Shown here: piece by piece, positions 1 through 11,748 of the stretch
How the letters are laid out: the number at the start of each line of letters is the position of its first letter
How positions within the stretch are numbered: the stretch's first letter is position 1
Source of the DNA: Dehalococcoidia bacterium
GTDB lineage: Bacteria; Chloroflexota; Dehalococcoidia; Lucifugimonadales; G965248475
NCBI GenBank assembly: GCA_965248475.1
Contig: OZ252106.1
Coordinates: forward strand, 101,099 to 165,098
DNA: 64,000 nucleotides
Direction: 5' to 3'
Program-made: the position numbers and the translations under genes
Notes under the pieces: generated by a model
Seen by the model: the letters and a program-made list of their open reading frames with translations, nothing else
Database searches by the model: none
Told to the model about the DNA's origin: nothing

Positions 1-2
1 CG

Positions 3-170
3 GGTGAGGAGCTGGAGTTCGTTGGCGAGTGGGAGCAGGTGGACAACCGAGGAGAACCCGTTCCTCCTGGCACCTATCTTATGCGGGGTGTTTTAAATGT
101 TGGGCGGCCTAACGCAGGGCCGGCTGGCGTGCTTATTACGACGGCCCGCGCGCTGGAAGTGCTCAAGTGA
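3..170 (+). CDS. 3' end of a CDS truncated by the window edge (unknown, possibly beta-sandwich/Ig-like secreted protein)
   Basis: Open frame from window start to TGA at 168-170 (GEELEFVGEWEQVDNRGEPVPPGTYLMRGVLN...). The stop overlaps the GTG start of the next gene (GTGA). Family guess is weak. Confidence 0.35.
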   Translation, partial: GEELEFVGEWEQVDNRGEPVPPGTYLMRGVLNVGRPNAGPAGVLITTARALEVLK

Positions 171-2032
171 GATGCGCCGCCCTCATCGGATGGCTGGCCA
201 TCGTTCTGCTACTCGTTGCCGCCTGCGGAGATGTGGAGTCGACGCCCACGGCCACTCAGAAATCTCCTGGGGCCGGCAGCCAGACCCAGCAGATACCCAC
301 ACCTACGGCAACGCCGTCTCCGAAGCTCCCTGGCTCGATTACACCGGTGCCGGCGTCCGAGAGGTATAGGTTGGACCTGGGCGGTGGCGTAGTGGTCGCA
401 TTCGTAGAGGGCCTGTCGCCGAAGTTTTCAGGCAAGATCGCCTACGTGACCCACGTCCCCACCGGGTCCCAGTTGGTGTTGGACCCCGACGGGGAAATCA
501 TCGACCGACACGATGGAAGAGACGACGGACCTGACCGCCTGGACGCCGTGTTGGCGGATCAGGCCACCGTGGATCGAATCGTGGAGGGTCTCAAGGGCGA
601 TGGTGACCTGCGGCCCCGCCAGACTGCCGCCGACTGGGCCCACTCTATTCAGTTCGGCGGTATCACCTACCTGGCCAAAGGCAGTTTGGGTGGACCCATC
701 ATCACCGAGGGAGAGCGTGCCCTAACTACTGAAGACCTGGGCTCTGAGCTCTACCGGGTCGCATTCAGAATCGAGGGTTACAGCGGCTATCCTCATCTGG
801 ACGGCGACGCCACCTACCTGAACCCGGGCACGCCGGTCTACGGAGTCGAGGGCTACGTGCAGGAGTTCCGACTCGCGATATTGGAGGACGGTGGCGTTAG
901 GCTCTTCGAATCCGACACGAACCCTTTGGCCAAGACCGGCGAGGCCTTGCTGGATATCCGAGGCAAGGTCACGTCCATCGACGTCCTCAGCACCAAGAAC
1001 TCGATTAAGGTGCTCGGCACGAAAGTGGAAAATGGGGAAGATGTGGTCCTCGGCAAGATAGAGGAAGAACGCGCCATCGAACGTTTCGTCGAAATGGTGT
1101 TGGATTCGCCCGTGGACCAGGGTAACCGCGACCGTGAAGGGCCGCGTTACTTCCTAGACTTTCGTCAGGCCGACGGCACGTCCGTGGTGCGGGCCTTCTG
1201 GTTGGAGTCGGGAGAGCTCTCGCGGGGCATCATGACGGACCCCGCCGTGACGCACTCCGTGTGGCGCGCGCTGGGGGAGGAGCACCGGCCCGCGGCCAGT
1301 GAGCAGGGGCCGCGAATCTCGGAACTATTGGCCGCTCGGCTTGGGTTAGCCTATCTGAGCTTCGCCGTCCCCGAACTCAATGTCACTGGCAAACCCCACT
1401 CGCCGGTTGTTCGGCTGATGCGGAGAAGCGAGTTCCAGGCGATGCAAGGGTCCTCATCGGCGTTGGACTCGGACCCCCTCGTGTGGGTGGTTGAGGCCCA
1501 AGGCTCCTGGCGCACCGCCGGCATCGTGCCCGAGGAAAAGCGGCAGGACTTCTCGGTGGGTCTGGTAGCCTTCGATGCCGACACCGGCCGACGATACGGC
1601 GGCTCCCACGGGAACACCTCGCTGCTGGGAACGCCCGGTGGCTCTCAACCTTCAACACCACCACCCCCAAAACCTACGCCATCTCCCCCGCCGAACATAC
1701 CAGAGCCTCGTTCATCCCAGGACACTGTGAGCAGCGAAGAGCGGGAGGAGGTCAAAGCACGGCGTGGACCACCACCATGGGGACCGCATACTACGGGGTC
1801 CGTGATCCAAATCGCGGGCCAACATTTGCAGTTGCCATCAGACGTCTACGTAGAAGCGATAGTCTCGGAAATACTGTGCATTGCAGGTGAACCCTGCCCT
1901 GTGGCGCCCTTGTACGTCCTCCGCCGAGGGGATTCTCTCGCGAGCATCGAGAAGCGAACGGGACGATTCGCGCCTGGGACGCCCGTCTCCACTATGGAAA
2001 CGTTCGACTTCATTGAGAAGGCTTTGCGATGA
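167..2032 (+). CDS. hypothetical lipoprotein (621 aa)
   Basis: GTG start. N-terminus MRCAALIGWLAIVLLLVAAC is a signal peptide plus lipobox. Pro/Thr-rich linkers. C-terminal ~40 aa weakly LysM-like (RRGDSLASIEKRTG). No family recognised. Confidence 0.7.
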   Translation: MRCAALIGWLAIVLLLVAACGDVESTPTATQKSPGAGSQTQQIPTPTATPSPKLPGSITPVPASERYRLDLGGGVVVAFVEGLSPKFSGKIAYVTHVPTGSQLVLDPDGEIIDRHDGRDDGPDRLDAVLADQATVDRIVEGLKGDGDLRPRQTAADWAHSIQFGGITYLAKGSLGGPIITEGERALTTEDLGSELYRVAFRIEGYSGYPHLDGDATYLNPGTPVYGVEGYVQEFRLAILEDGGVRLFESDTNPLAKTGEALLDIRGKVTSIDVLSTKNSIKVLGTKVENGEDVVLGKIEEERAIERFVEMVLDSPVDQGNRDREGPRYFLDFRQADGTSVVRAFWLESGELSRGIMTDPAVTHSVWRALGEEHRPAASEQGPRISELLAARLGLAYLSFAVPELNVTGKPHSPVVRLMRRSEFQAMQGSSSALDSDPLVWVVEAQGSWRTAGIVPEEKRQDFSVGLVAFDADTGRRYGGSHGNTSLLGTPGGSQPSTPPPPKPTPSPPPNIPEPRSSQDTVSSEEREEVKARRGPPPWGPHTTGSVIQIAGQHLQLPSDVYVEAIVSEILCIAGEPCPVAPLYVLRRGDSLASIEKRTGRFAPGTPVSTMETFDFIEKALR

Positions 2033-2316
2033 ATCAGACCATGCCATCGTGAGAGGCCCTAGAGTGAGACCACTAGCCGGAAAGTTCGCAATTCAGTACA
2101 CGTAGGCCCACTTACAGCCCCCACTCTGTCCATTGAACACGGCACGCGTATCCAGACCTGAATCCACTGTGGGTATATAGACGTATGTTCAGTGCAAGGA
2201 TGTTGACTCACCGTCTCGGTTGCATCTCTTGCTATGTGTGCTATGATTGCTCGGACTGTTTTCAACGTTTCATGGGCTGACCACACCCTGACCCTGAACG
2301 CTAATCGTTAAACACT

Positions 2317-3333
2317 ATGTATCAGCAGCGACCTCAACAGCCAGACCTGGACCAGATCCTACAGCAGCTCAAGGAAATCTTCAGCCGTATCTTCGGACGG
2401 CTGGGCGGCGGCGGCGTTAGCGCGGTGATTATCCTGGCACTGGTCGCCGGTCTCGGCCTGTGGCTGTTCTCGGGTGTCTACCGGGTACAGGCTAACGAAC
2501 AGGGCGTGGTGCGTCTCTTCGGAGCAAGGGCCTCTGTACAAGACCCCGGTCTCAGCTGGCGCCTCCCATCCCCCATAACCACGCTGGTCAAGGTGGACGT
2601 GGAGCAGATTCGCACCGCTGAGATAGGATTCCGTACCGATGAGCAGGGCCTGGTATCCCGACTGCTGGACGAGGCGCTGATGTTGACCACTGACAACAGC
2701 ATCGTGGAGGCCCAGCTCGTCATCCAATACCGTATCGGGGACCCGGAAGCATTCGTATACAACGTGACGGCCCCTGAAGACGTCCTCCATACCACCGCCG
2801 AGGTTGCCCTTCGCAGCATAGTCGGTCGGACGAAGCTTGATGATTTCCTCACCGTAGGCCGCGCCAGCGCCGAACTGGAGACCCGGGCCTTCCTGGAAGA
2901 GTTACTGGCCATCTACAACGCTGGCATAGTGCTTACGGACGTCAAGCTCCAAACGGTAGACCCTCCGGACCAGGTTAAGGACGCCTTCCAGGAGGTTGTC
3001 CGGGCGCTGGAGGACGAAACACGCCTCGAGAACGAGGGCAAAGCCTACGCGGCCGACCGGATACCCAGGGCACAAGGACAGGTCCAGGTGATGATCCAGT
3101 CCGCCGCCGGTTTCCACCGCCAGCAGGTAGAGAGAGCCACCGGTGAAGCCAACCGCTTCCTGGCGCTTCTGGAAGAGTACAGGGAAGCCCCGCAGGTCAC
3201 TCGGGAGCGGCTCTACCTGGAGACGTTGGAGGATGTCCTCGGTACCGTGGACAAGACCTTAATAGATTCCGGCGTTGACGTACTCCCACTTCTGGACCTG
3301 GCCATACTGGCCGGCCTGGACGAGGGGAACTAA
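2317..3333 (+). CDS. hflK: HflK, SPFH/band-7 membrane protease modulator
   Basis: N-terminal TM helix followed by an SPFH domain (VYRVQANEQGVVRLFG..., ...DVKLQTVDPPDQVKDAFQEV...). Directly followed by hflC with a 9-nt gap. Confidence 0.9.
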   Translation: MYQQRPQQPDLDQILQQLKEIFSRIFGRLGGGGVSAVIILALVAGLGLWLFSGVYRVQANEQGVVRLFGARASVQDPGLSWRLPSPITTLVKVDVEQIRTAEIGFRTDEQGLVSRLLDEALMLTTDNSIVEAQLVIQYRIGDPEAFVYNVTAPEDVLHTTAEVALRSIVGRTKLDDFLTVGRASAELETRAFLEELLAIYNAGIVLTDVKLQTVDPPDQVKDAFQEVVRALEDETRLENEGKAYAADRIPRAQGQVQVMIQSAAGFHRQQVERATGEANRFLALLEEYREAPQVTRERLYLETLEDVLGTVDKTLIDSGVDVLPLLDLAILAGLDEGN

Positions 3334-3342
3334 GAGGCGGGC

Positions 3343-4347
3343 ATGCGTAGAATATTCGGCATAGGCGGCCTGGTGATTATAATAGCCGGCCTGTTTACAA
3401 TCCTACAGACAATTTTTACCGTTGACGAGACCAATTTTGCTGTTGTCCAGCAGTTCGGCGACATCAAGAGTGTAAGGACCGAGCCGGGTCTCAACTTCAA
3501 GCTGCCCTTCGTGCAGGACGTGACCTACCTTAACAACCGGATCCTCACGCTGGATACGCCTCCTCAGGAATACCTCACGGATGACCAGAAGCGCATAGTG
3601 GTGGACCAGGTCACCCGCTGGAAGATCTCTGACCCGCGTGCATTCTTCCTCGCGGTGCGGACTGAGGCCGGAGGCCGCGGCAGGCTTGAGCCCCTGGTGC
3701 TGGCTTCGCTGAGGGAACGGATCGCGGCAAAACCCTATGACGTGATGATATCGGCAGAACGCGACGTTATCATGGACGTCGTGAAGGCGGATCTGCAAAT
3801 TCGCGTGAATGAAAACAGGCTGGGCGTCGAGATCATAGACGTAAGGACCAAGCGGGCCGACCTCCCAGTGGCAGTGGAGCAGTCCGTATTCGACAGGATG
3901 GAATCGGCTCGGCGCGTGGAGTCCGCTCAGCACAGGGCCCAGGGTCAACTCCTATCAGATCAGATCACCGCACAGACGGACCGCGAGGTCCAGATCATGC
4001 TGGCCTGCGCCGATCGCGTATCAAGGGAGACCAGAGGTGACGGTGAGGCTGCAGCCATCGCCATATTCGCTGAGTCCCTTCAACAGGACCCTGAGTTCTA
4101 CTCCTTCCTGCGTAGATTAGAAGCGTATCACACGGCCTTTTCCGGCGACGATAACTTTATATTCAGTACCGACTCCAACTTCTTTGCACTCCTCACGGGT
4201 GAGTCCGCGCCTCTTGCGGATGTAGAGGCGACCTCTGGAGCCACTGTGCCGCTGAGCCCCGACATTACGGCGGCACTCACTCAGACGGAGATTGATGACC
4301 TGTTTGAGGAATGCACACCTACAACTGTCATCGAGGTCTCCCTCTAG
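3343..4347 (+). CDS. hflC: HflC, SPFH/band-7 membrane protease modulator
   Basis: TM helix plus SPFH domain (FTVDETNFAVVQQFGDIKSV...LNFKLPFVQDV...). Classic hflKC pair. Ends in TAG. Confidence 0.9.
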   Translation: MRRIFGIGGLVIIIAGLFTILQTIFTVDETNFAVVQQFGDIKSVRTEPGLNFKLPFVQDVTYLNNRILTLDTPPQEYLTDDQKRIVVDQVTRWKISDPRAFFLAVRTEAGGRGRLEPLVLASLRERIAAKPYDVMISAERDVIMDVVKADLQIRVNENRLGVEIIDVRTKRADLPVAVEQSVFDRMESARRVESAQHRAQGQLLSDQITAQTDREVQIMLACADRVSRETRGDGEAAAIAIFAESLQQDPEFYSFLRRLEAYHTAFSGDDNFIFSTDSNFFALLTGESAPLADVEATSGATVPLSPDITAALTQTEIDDLFEECTPTTVIEVSL

Positions 4348-4497
4348 CCGGACCGAGCAGCTTCTCCCGTAGCCTTTCACACCCTTCTACGGTAACATTA
4401 GCCTAAGCGGTATTCACCGCCTGTGTGTTGCCTTCCCATCCACCCCTTTTTAGTGAATGATCGTCATTTCACAATCCCAGGCGGGCCACAGGAAGGT

Positions 4498-4515
4498 GTC
4501 CCGACCTGTCGGGAC
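4498..4515. repeat. GTCCCGAC-NN-GTCGGGAC palindromic motif, copy 1
   Basis: GTCCCGAC ct GTCGGGAC in the hflC-plsY intergenic region. Confidence 0.5.
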
Positions 4516-4680
4516 CGGGGGCCTAAGGTCCGATGATGCTCCGATTCCATCGCGACTCGCGACAAGTCGGAGGGTGTCCCCTCAATTCCTAAACATACCG
4601 ACGGCGGGTGGGTGGGAAGAACGCGCTGGCCAGAAGATTCCACTGGGAAGGTCACCTGTTATGCAAGGCTATAAACACAC

Positions 4681-5373
4681 ATGTCTGATACCCTGCTCAT
4701 AGTAGTGGCGATGGCCTACAGCTACCTGGTAGGCTCCATTCCCACGGCATACCTGGTAGGACGGCTGGTCAAAGGAATCGACATCCGCCAGTACGGCAGC
4801 GGCAATGTAGGCGGCTCCAACGTAGCCAGGCACGTGGGCAGACGCTACTTCGTACCCGTCGCCGCGTTTGACATCCTGTTCAAAGGAACGCTCACCATCC
4901 TGCTGGCGAGATGGCTGGAGCTGGGGCTAGCGTATCAGGCCTGGGCAGCCGTCCTGGCTACCATCGGCCACAACTGGTCGGTGTTTCTCCGGTTCAGCGG
5001 CGGCCGGGGCCTGGCAGTAACACTGGGAAGCATGGCTGTCCTGGCCTGGGTGGAAGCGGCACTCGCACTGACCATCGCTCTGCTCGGGATCGCCGTTTTC
5101 AGAAGCACGGCGCTCTGGTTCGGCATAGGGCTGGTGCTGCTTCCCCTCCTGGCTCTGGTCTTCGGAGAGCCATACACAATCGTGCTGCTCTGCTCGGCGA
5201 TGCTCTCGATCGCCGCCTTGAAGCGGCTGCTCTCCAATCAGGTCACGCCCACGTCAGGCCTGCGGTGGCGCGACGTCATTATCCCGCGACTGCTGTACGA
5301 TAGAGACACAGCCAGGAGTGACGACTGGGTCGATCGCACACCAGCGGATTCCAGCACCGAGAGTGCCAGTTGA
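4681..5373 (+). CDS. plsY: glycerol-3-phosphate acyltransferase PlsY
   Basis: PlsY/YgiH signature GSIPTAYLVGR...YGSGNVGGSNVAR. Multi-pass membrane protein of typical length. Confidence 0.9.
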   Translation: MSDTLLIVVAMAYSYLVGSIPTAYLVGRLVKGIDIRQYGSGNVGGSNVARHVGRRYFVPVAAFDILFKGTLTILLARWLELGLAYQAWAAVLATIGHNWSVFLRFSGGRGLAVTLGSMAVLAWVEAALALTIALLGIAVFRSTALWFGIGLVLLPLLALVFGEPYTIVLLCSAMLSIAALKRLLSNQVTPTSGLRWRDVIIPRLLYDRDTARSDDWVDRTPADSSTESAS

Positions 5374-5873
5374 CCAGCTACTGCTACAACCACCCTGACA
5401 GGGAGACGGCTCTAACCTGCGGCAACTGCGGGCGTCCCATCTGCACGCGGTGCGTGGTACAGCACCCGGTGGGCATCCGGTGCCCTGAGTGTGCCCGGCC
5501 AACAAGAATCCCGACGCTGGACGTTACGCCCTCCTACTACTCCAGGGCCGTCGCCGCTGCGTCAGGTATCAGCGTCGCTGGAATCATTGGCCTGATCTTG
5601 CTCGTAGTACTACTGAGACAAACACCGCTGGGGTATGTGGGAAACTACCTGTTCTGGGGTACCCTGGCGGGCATAGGCTATCTGATGGGCAGGGGTGTCA
5701 GCCTGGCAGTCAACCGTAAACGTGGCCTGGGATTGCAGTGGGTAGCCGGCGCTGCCACGGGAGCAACCTTTGTGATAGCCACCACCCTGGTGGGCGTGGG
5801 GCTGAACAGCCTGTTGGGAATATTCGCCCTGGTGGCAGCCATTTACCTGGCGTCCAGGGAGTTGCGGGTGTAG
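5370..5873 (+). CDS. zinc-ribbon (B-box-like) membrane protein
   Basis: TTG start overlapping the plsY stop (TTGA). N-terminal CxxC...CxxC (CGNCGRPICTRC...CPEC) followed by about four hydrophobic helices. Confidence 0.7.
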   Translation: MTSYCYNHPDRETALTCGNCGRPICTRCVVQHPVGIRCPECARPTRIPTLDVTPSYYSRAVAAASGISVAGIIGLILLVVLLRQTPLGYVGNYLFWGTLAGIGYLMGRGVSLAVNRKRGLGLQWVAGAATGATFVIATTLVGVGLNSLLGIFALVAAIYLASRELRV

Positions 5874-5908
5874 CGCGTGGAGTCCGTGGTAGAATAGCGT
5901 TTCAATGG

Positions 5909-5986
<78 letters not shown>

Positions 5987-6035
5987 CACACTCACTAGGC
6001 CATGTAGAGCGAAGACACCTGCTGGATGACCTCAC

Positions 6036-6446
6036 CTACGGTGAAAAATAGCCAACCACTTCATAGAAGGCAAGCCACAGGGCGGCCAATCCAGCAACCA
6101 CCACCACAACCTTCACGAACAGCAAGAATCGCCGGACTGTGGATGACACCCTTGGATTGGTGGCAAACCAAACGAGCAATATTACCGCTGCCGACAAGCT
6201 ACTCGTTATAGCAACGACTTCAACTGGGCCGGTGCTGGGATCCCACCGGAACTTAAACGTCAGCCAGGTCACCACGATGCCGGCTAACCCCAGCCAATAT
6301 TGAACACACAACCGCAGTAGGTGCCCACCCAACAAGCTCCGTGGTTTGAACAAACTTCGCACCAAACCTGCGGAGACTGGCCACCATTTGTGACTCTGCT
6401 CGGGCCTGCGCCTGGTTCCACTTCCGATAACGCCCAGCCAACACAC
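6036..6446 (-). CDS. hypothetical membrane protein (weak call)
   Basis: 136-aa ORF with hydrophobic stretches (VVVVVAGLAALWLAFY). Overlaps another minus-strand ORF (6253-6600) in a different frame, so coding status or frame is uncertain. Confidence 0.3.
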   Translation of the reverse strand: MCWLGVIGSGTRRRPEQSHKWWPVSAGLVRSLFKPRSLLGGHLLRLCVQYWLGLAGIVVTWLTFKFRWDPSTGPVEVVAITSSLSAAVILLVWFATNPRVSSTVRRFLLFVKVVVVVAGLAALWLAFYEVVGYFSP

Positions 6447-6681
6447 CTTGTAACCGTCTCACTCTGGCTTGAAACGTGTCCTCAGTCGTGTTGTCCATTA
6501 GCTCCTGTCTGTGACCACCAGCTTCCGGTTCTTCGTTCACCATCACACACCTCAACTCGGGCAAGCATGACCGCCGCCCACACGCCTTGCTCCGCACCAC
6601 TGTAGCATATCGCCGCTACAACTCTACAGTAACCGCTGGCCCAACCGTCGCTATTGACAGCTGCCCCGCCCCCTTCCTACC

Positions 6682-7239
6682 ATGCACCCATTCCGCTACT
6701 GTGAACCACCTGGAAAGGGGTACAACTTGCTCTACACCATCGACGGCCTCACCCCCAAGGTCCATGAGACCGCCTTCGTAGCACCAAACGCCATACTCAT
6801 CGGCGACGTTGAGGTTCAAGCCAACGCAAGCATCTGGTTCGGCTGCGTCCTCCGAGGCGACGCCGGCAAGATAGTCATCGGCGAGGGGACCAACATACAG
6901 GACGGCTCCATCATCCATGAAGAGACCCTCTTGGGAAAAAACTGTGTGGTAGCCCATCTGTGCCTGGTGCACCGGTGCGTCGTAGGTGATAACGTCCTCA
7001 TAGGAAACGGCGCCCTGGTATTCGGCCCGGCGGAGATCGGCGAAGGCTCTGTGGTGGGTGCTGGCTCCGTGGTTATCCCAGGCACCACAGTACCAGCCAA
7101 CACAATGATGCTGGGCGTACCTGCCAAGGCCACGGGGGAGACCCAGGAGCGGCACCAGCAGCAGACGGAACACCTGGCGGCAGGTTACTTGCGAAACCGC
7201 GGCAGGTACTTGGAAGGGCTGAAGCTGGTGGAGGGGTAA
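6682..7239 (+). CDS. gamma-carbonic-anhydrase-like / hexapeptide-repeat (LbH) protein
   Basis: YrdA/PaaY-type sequence (HETAFVAPNAILIGDVEVQANASIWFGCVLRGDAGKIVIGEGTNIQDGSIIH). A more likely start is the in-frame TTG at 6727 (MLYTIDG...), preceded by GAAAGGGG. Confidence 0.85.
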   Translation: MHPFRYCEPPGKGYNLLYTIDGLTPKVHETAFVAPNAILIGDVEVQANASIWFGCVLRGDAGKIVIGEGTNIQDGSIIHEETLLGKNCVVAHLCLVHRCVVGDNVLIGNGALVFGPAEIGEGSVVGAGSVVIPGTTVPANTMMLGVPAKATGETQERHQQQTEHLAAGYLRNRGRYLEGLKLVEG

Positions 7240-7322
7240 CCATCCCCTTGTGAAGCTGACATTACGTCAGATACTGCAAGCCATCCACGGTTGGTGCGGC
7301 AGGGAAAGAATAGGAAGAAGAA

Positions 7323-8222
7323 ATGTTTACAAGGGTGCATCATGTAGGCCTGGTGGTAGCGGACCTGGAGCCCGCCAAGAAGCTGTGGCTGGACACCTAC
7401 GGCTTCAGCGTGGACGAGTCCCGTTCCCCACTGCCCGATGGCCGCAACGTATCCCTGGACAACGTCAACATCCTGGACATACCGGTTGGGGAAAGCGAGC
7501 TGGAGATCAACAAAGCCAACGATCCCCAGAGCGGCACGGGCCGGTACCTGGAGCGACGCGGCCAGGGCGCCCACCACATCTGCCTATACTCAGATGACAT
7601 TGACGACGACGTGAAGCGGTTGCAGGATGCGGGCCTTCAGGTGATTGTGCCTGCCACCGGAAGCAGCGACCAGGAGGGCGGCTCCCGCGTAGCCTTCTTC
7701 CATCCCAGAGGCAACCTTGGGTTCCTGTTGGAGATATGGCAGAACATGCCCGTCAATGGCAGCCCGCCTGAACCGCCCCAGGGCCGCGGCGGCGACTTCA
7801 CCCACCTGCACCATGTCGGAGTCGTGTGCTCCACCCCGGACGAGGCGTTGCACCTGTTCAGAGACACCTACGGACTGAAGCTAGACGAGGCGCGCAGCCC
7901 TCTGCCCAACGGCCGCCACGTGGACAGCGACAAGGTGAACATCCTTGAGTTCCCCATCGGCGAATCCATAATCGAGGTCAGCGTACCCACTGACGACGTC
8001 AGCGGCACCGCCCGGTATCTCGCCTCCCGCGGCTCCGGTATTCACCACATCTGCTTCTACTCCCAAAACATGGAGTCTGACGTCGATCGGCTGAATGCAG
8101 CAGGGTTGCAGCAGCTGGGAGAGCTGGGGCCAGCACGCCCGGGTCAGAGCCGTGTGACATTCTTCCATCCCCGCAGCAACATGGGCGTCCTCGTGGAATT
8201 GTGGCAGGACATACCTGCATAA
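7323..8222 (+). CDS. tandem VOC-fold protein (two glyoxalase/methylmalonyl-CoA-epimerase-like domains)
   Basis: Two internally homologous halves, each starting HHVGLVV/HHVGVVC and ending ...FFHPR..G.L.E.WQ. VOC superfamily pattern. Confidence 0.85.
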   Translation: MFTRVHHVGLVVADLEPAKKLWLDTYGFSVDESRSPLPDGRNVSLDNVNILDIPVGESELEINKANDPQSGTGRYLERRGQGAHHICLYSDDIDDDVKRLQDAGLQVIVPATGSSDQEGGSRVAFFHPRGNLGFLLEIWQNMPVNGSPPEPPQGRGGDFTHLHHVGVVCSTPDEALHLFRDTYGLKLDEARSPLPNGRHVDSDKVNILEFPIGESIIEVSVPTDDVSGTARYLASRGSGIHHICFYSQNMESDVDRLNAAGLQQLGELGPARPGQSRVTFFHPRSNMGVLVELWQDIPA

Positions 8223-8235
8223 CAAACCAAAAAGA

Positions 8236-8253
8236 GTGGGCCGCGCGGCCCAC
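8236..8253 (+). terminator. GC-rich hairpin after the VOC gene (possible terminator, no clear U-tract)
   Basis: GTGGGCCG/CGGCCCAC perfect inverted repeat 14 nt after the stop codon. Flanked by an A-run upstream, not by a T-run downstream. Confidence 0.35.
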
Positions 8254-8283
8254 ATACATTAGCCGCACTTAGTACCTCTTCCC

Positions 8284-8312
8284 TTGACTGGATGTCACCC
8301 CAACGCTATAGT
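8284..8312 (+). promoter_or_regulatory. sigma70-like promoter upstream of the 23S rRNA
   Basis: TTGACT (8284-8289), 17-nt spacer, TATAGT (8307-8312). About 160 nt upstream of the mature 23S 5' end. Confidence 0.5.
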
Positions 8313-8423
8313 ATTTGTGGAGGAGAGCCGCTATCTGGCGGACCTCACCAACTATAGGACGCACAAGTCAACGTAACCGGGCGGCCGCCTAGGTGCATTG
8401 GCTGTCGTCTTTTCGTACCTTAA

Positions 8424-8474
8424 CATGAGAATATTGGGGATAGAGATTTAAGGTTCTGTCCGGGTTTTAATGTG
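8424..8474 (+). other. 5' strand of the long 23S precursor processing stem
   Basis: CATGAGAATATTGGGGA...AAGGTTCTG...AATGTGGGTCAAG is complementary to CTTGACCCACATT...CAGAACCTT...TCCCCATTTATTCTCATG at 11487-11541. Confidence 0.55.
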
Positions 8475-11493
<3,019 letters not shown>

Positions 11494-11541
11494 CACATTA
11501 AGACTTAGGCAGAACCTTTTTCTTCCCCATTTATTCTCATG
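11494..11541 (+). other. 3' strand of the 23S precursor processing stem
   Basis: Complementary to 8424-8474 (see that entry). No 5S-like sequence follows. Confidence 0.55.
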
Positions 11542-11552
11542 TAGATAATCGT

Positions 11553-11600
11553 CGCGGGGTGGGGCAGTGGTCCCGACCAGTCGGGATCGGGCTCATAACT
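11553..11600 (+). pseudogene. tRNA-fMet 5'-half pseudo-copy carrying an inserted hairpin
   Basis: CGCGGGGTGGGGCAGTGG...GGGCTCATAAC matches the acceptor, D-arm and anticodon loop of the real tRNA 16 nt downstream. TCCCGACCAGTCGGGATC replaces the D/anticodon junction, and there is no 3' half. Confidence 0.45.
11570..11587. repeat. GTCCCGAC-NN-GTCGGGAC palindromic motif, copy 2
   Basis: GTCCCGAC ca GTCGGGAT, embedded in the tRNA-fMet pseudo-half. Confidence 0.5.
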
Positions 11601-11615
11601 GCACATAGGTAGCAT

Positions 11616-11690
11616 CGCGGGGTGGAGCAGTGGCAGCTCGTCGGGCTCATAACCCGAAGGTCGCAGGTTCGAGTCCTGCCCCCGCTACCA
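11616..11690 (+). tRNA. initiator tRNA-fMet (anticodon CAU)
   Basis: CGCGGGG acceptor with a 1:72 mismatch, three G:C pairs closing the anticodon stem (GGGCTCATAACCC), T-arm GCAGGTTCGAGTCCTGC, CCA encoded. Confidence 0.9.
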
Positions 11691-11697
11691 GAAAACT

Positions 11698-11729
11698 AAG
11701 AGGCCTCGGCAATATTGCCGAGGCCTCTT
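11698..11729. terminator. bidirectional terminator hairpin between the tRNA-fMet and speE 3' ends
   Basis: Perfect 32-nt palindrome AAGAGGCCTCGGCAATATTGCCGAGGCCTCTT, flanked by an A-rich 5' side and a T-rich 3' side. Lies between convergent genes. Confidence 0.65.
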
Positions 11730-11748
11730 CTTTGCCAGGCGTGCCCAC

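Noticed and set aside
4348-4680. 333-nt intergenic region with several hairpins, considered as a possible RNase P, SRP, tmRNA or riboswitch.
   Set aside because: None of the signature sequences I know for those RNAs are present (e.g. GGAAAGTCCGGGC, the SRP GGAA/AGCAG motif, a tRNA-like tmRNA end). It is left unannotated and would need an Infernal/Rfam scan.
6036-6600. Two overlapping minus-strand ORFs (6036-6446 and 6253-6600), possibly one frameshifted gene.
   Set aside because: No recognisable family in either frame, and I cannot locate a convincing frameshift point. Only the membrane-like ORF is listed, at low confidence.
11494-11615. Expected 5S rRNA downstream of the 23S.
   Set aside because: The ~120-nt interval consists of the processing-stem 3' strand and a tRNA-fMet pseudo-half. 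No 5S-like helices or conserved loop sequences are recognisable.
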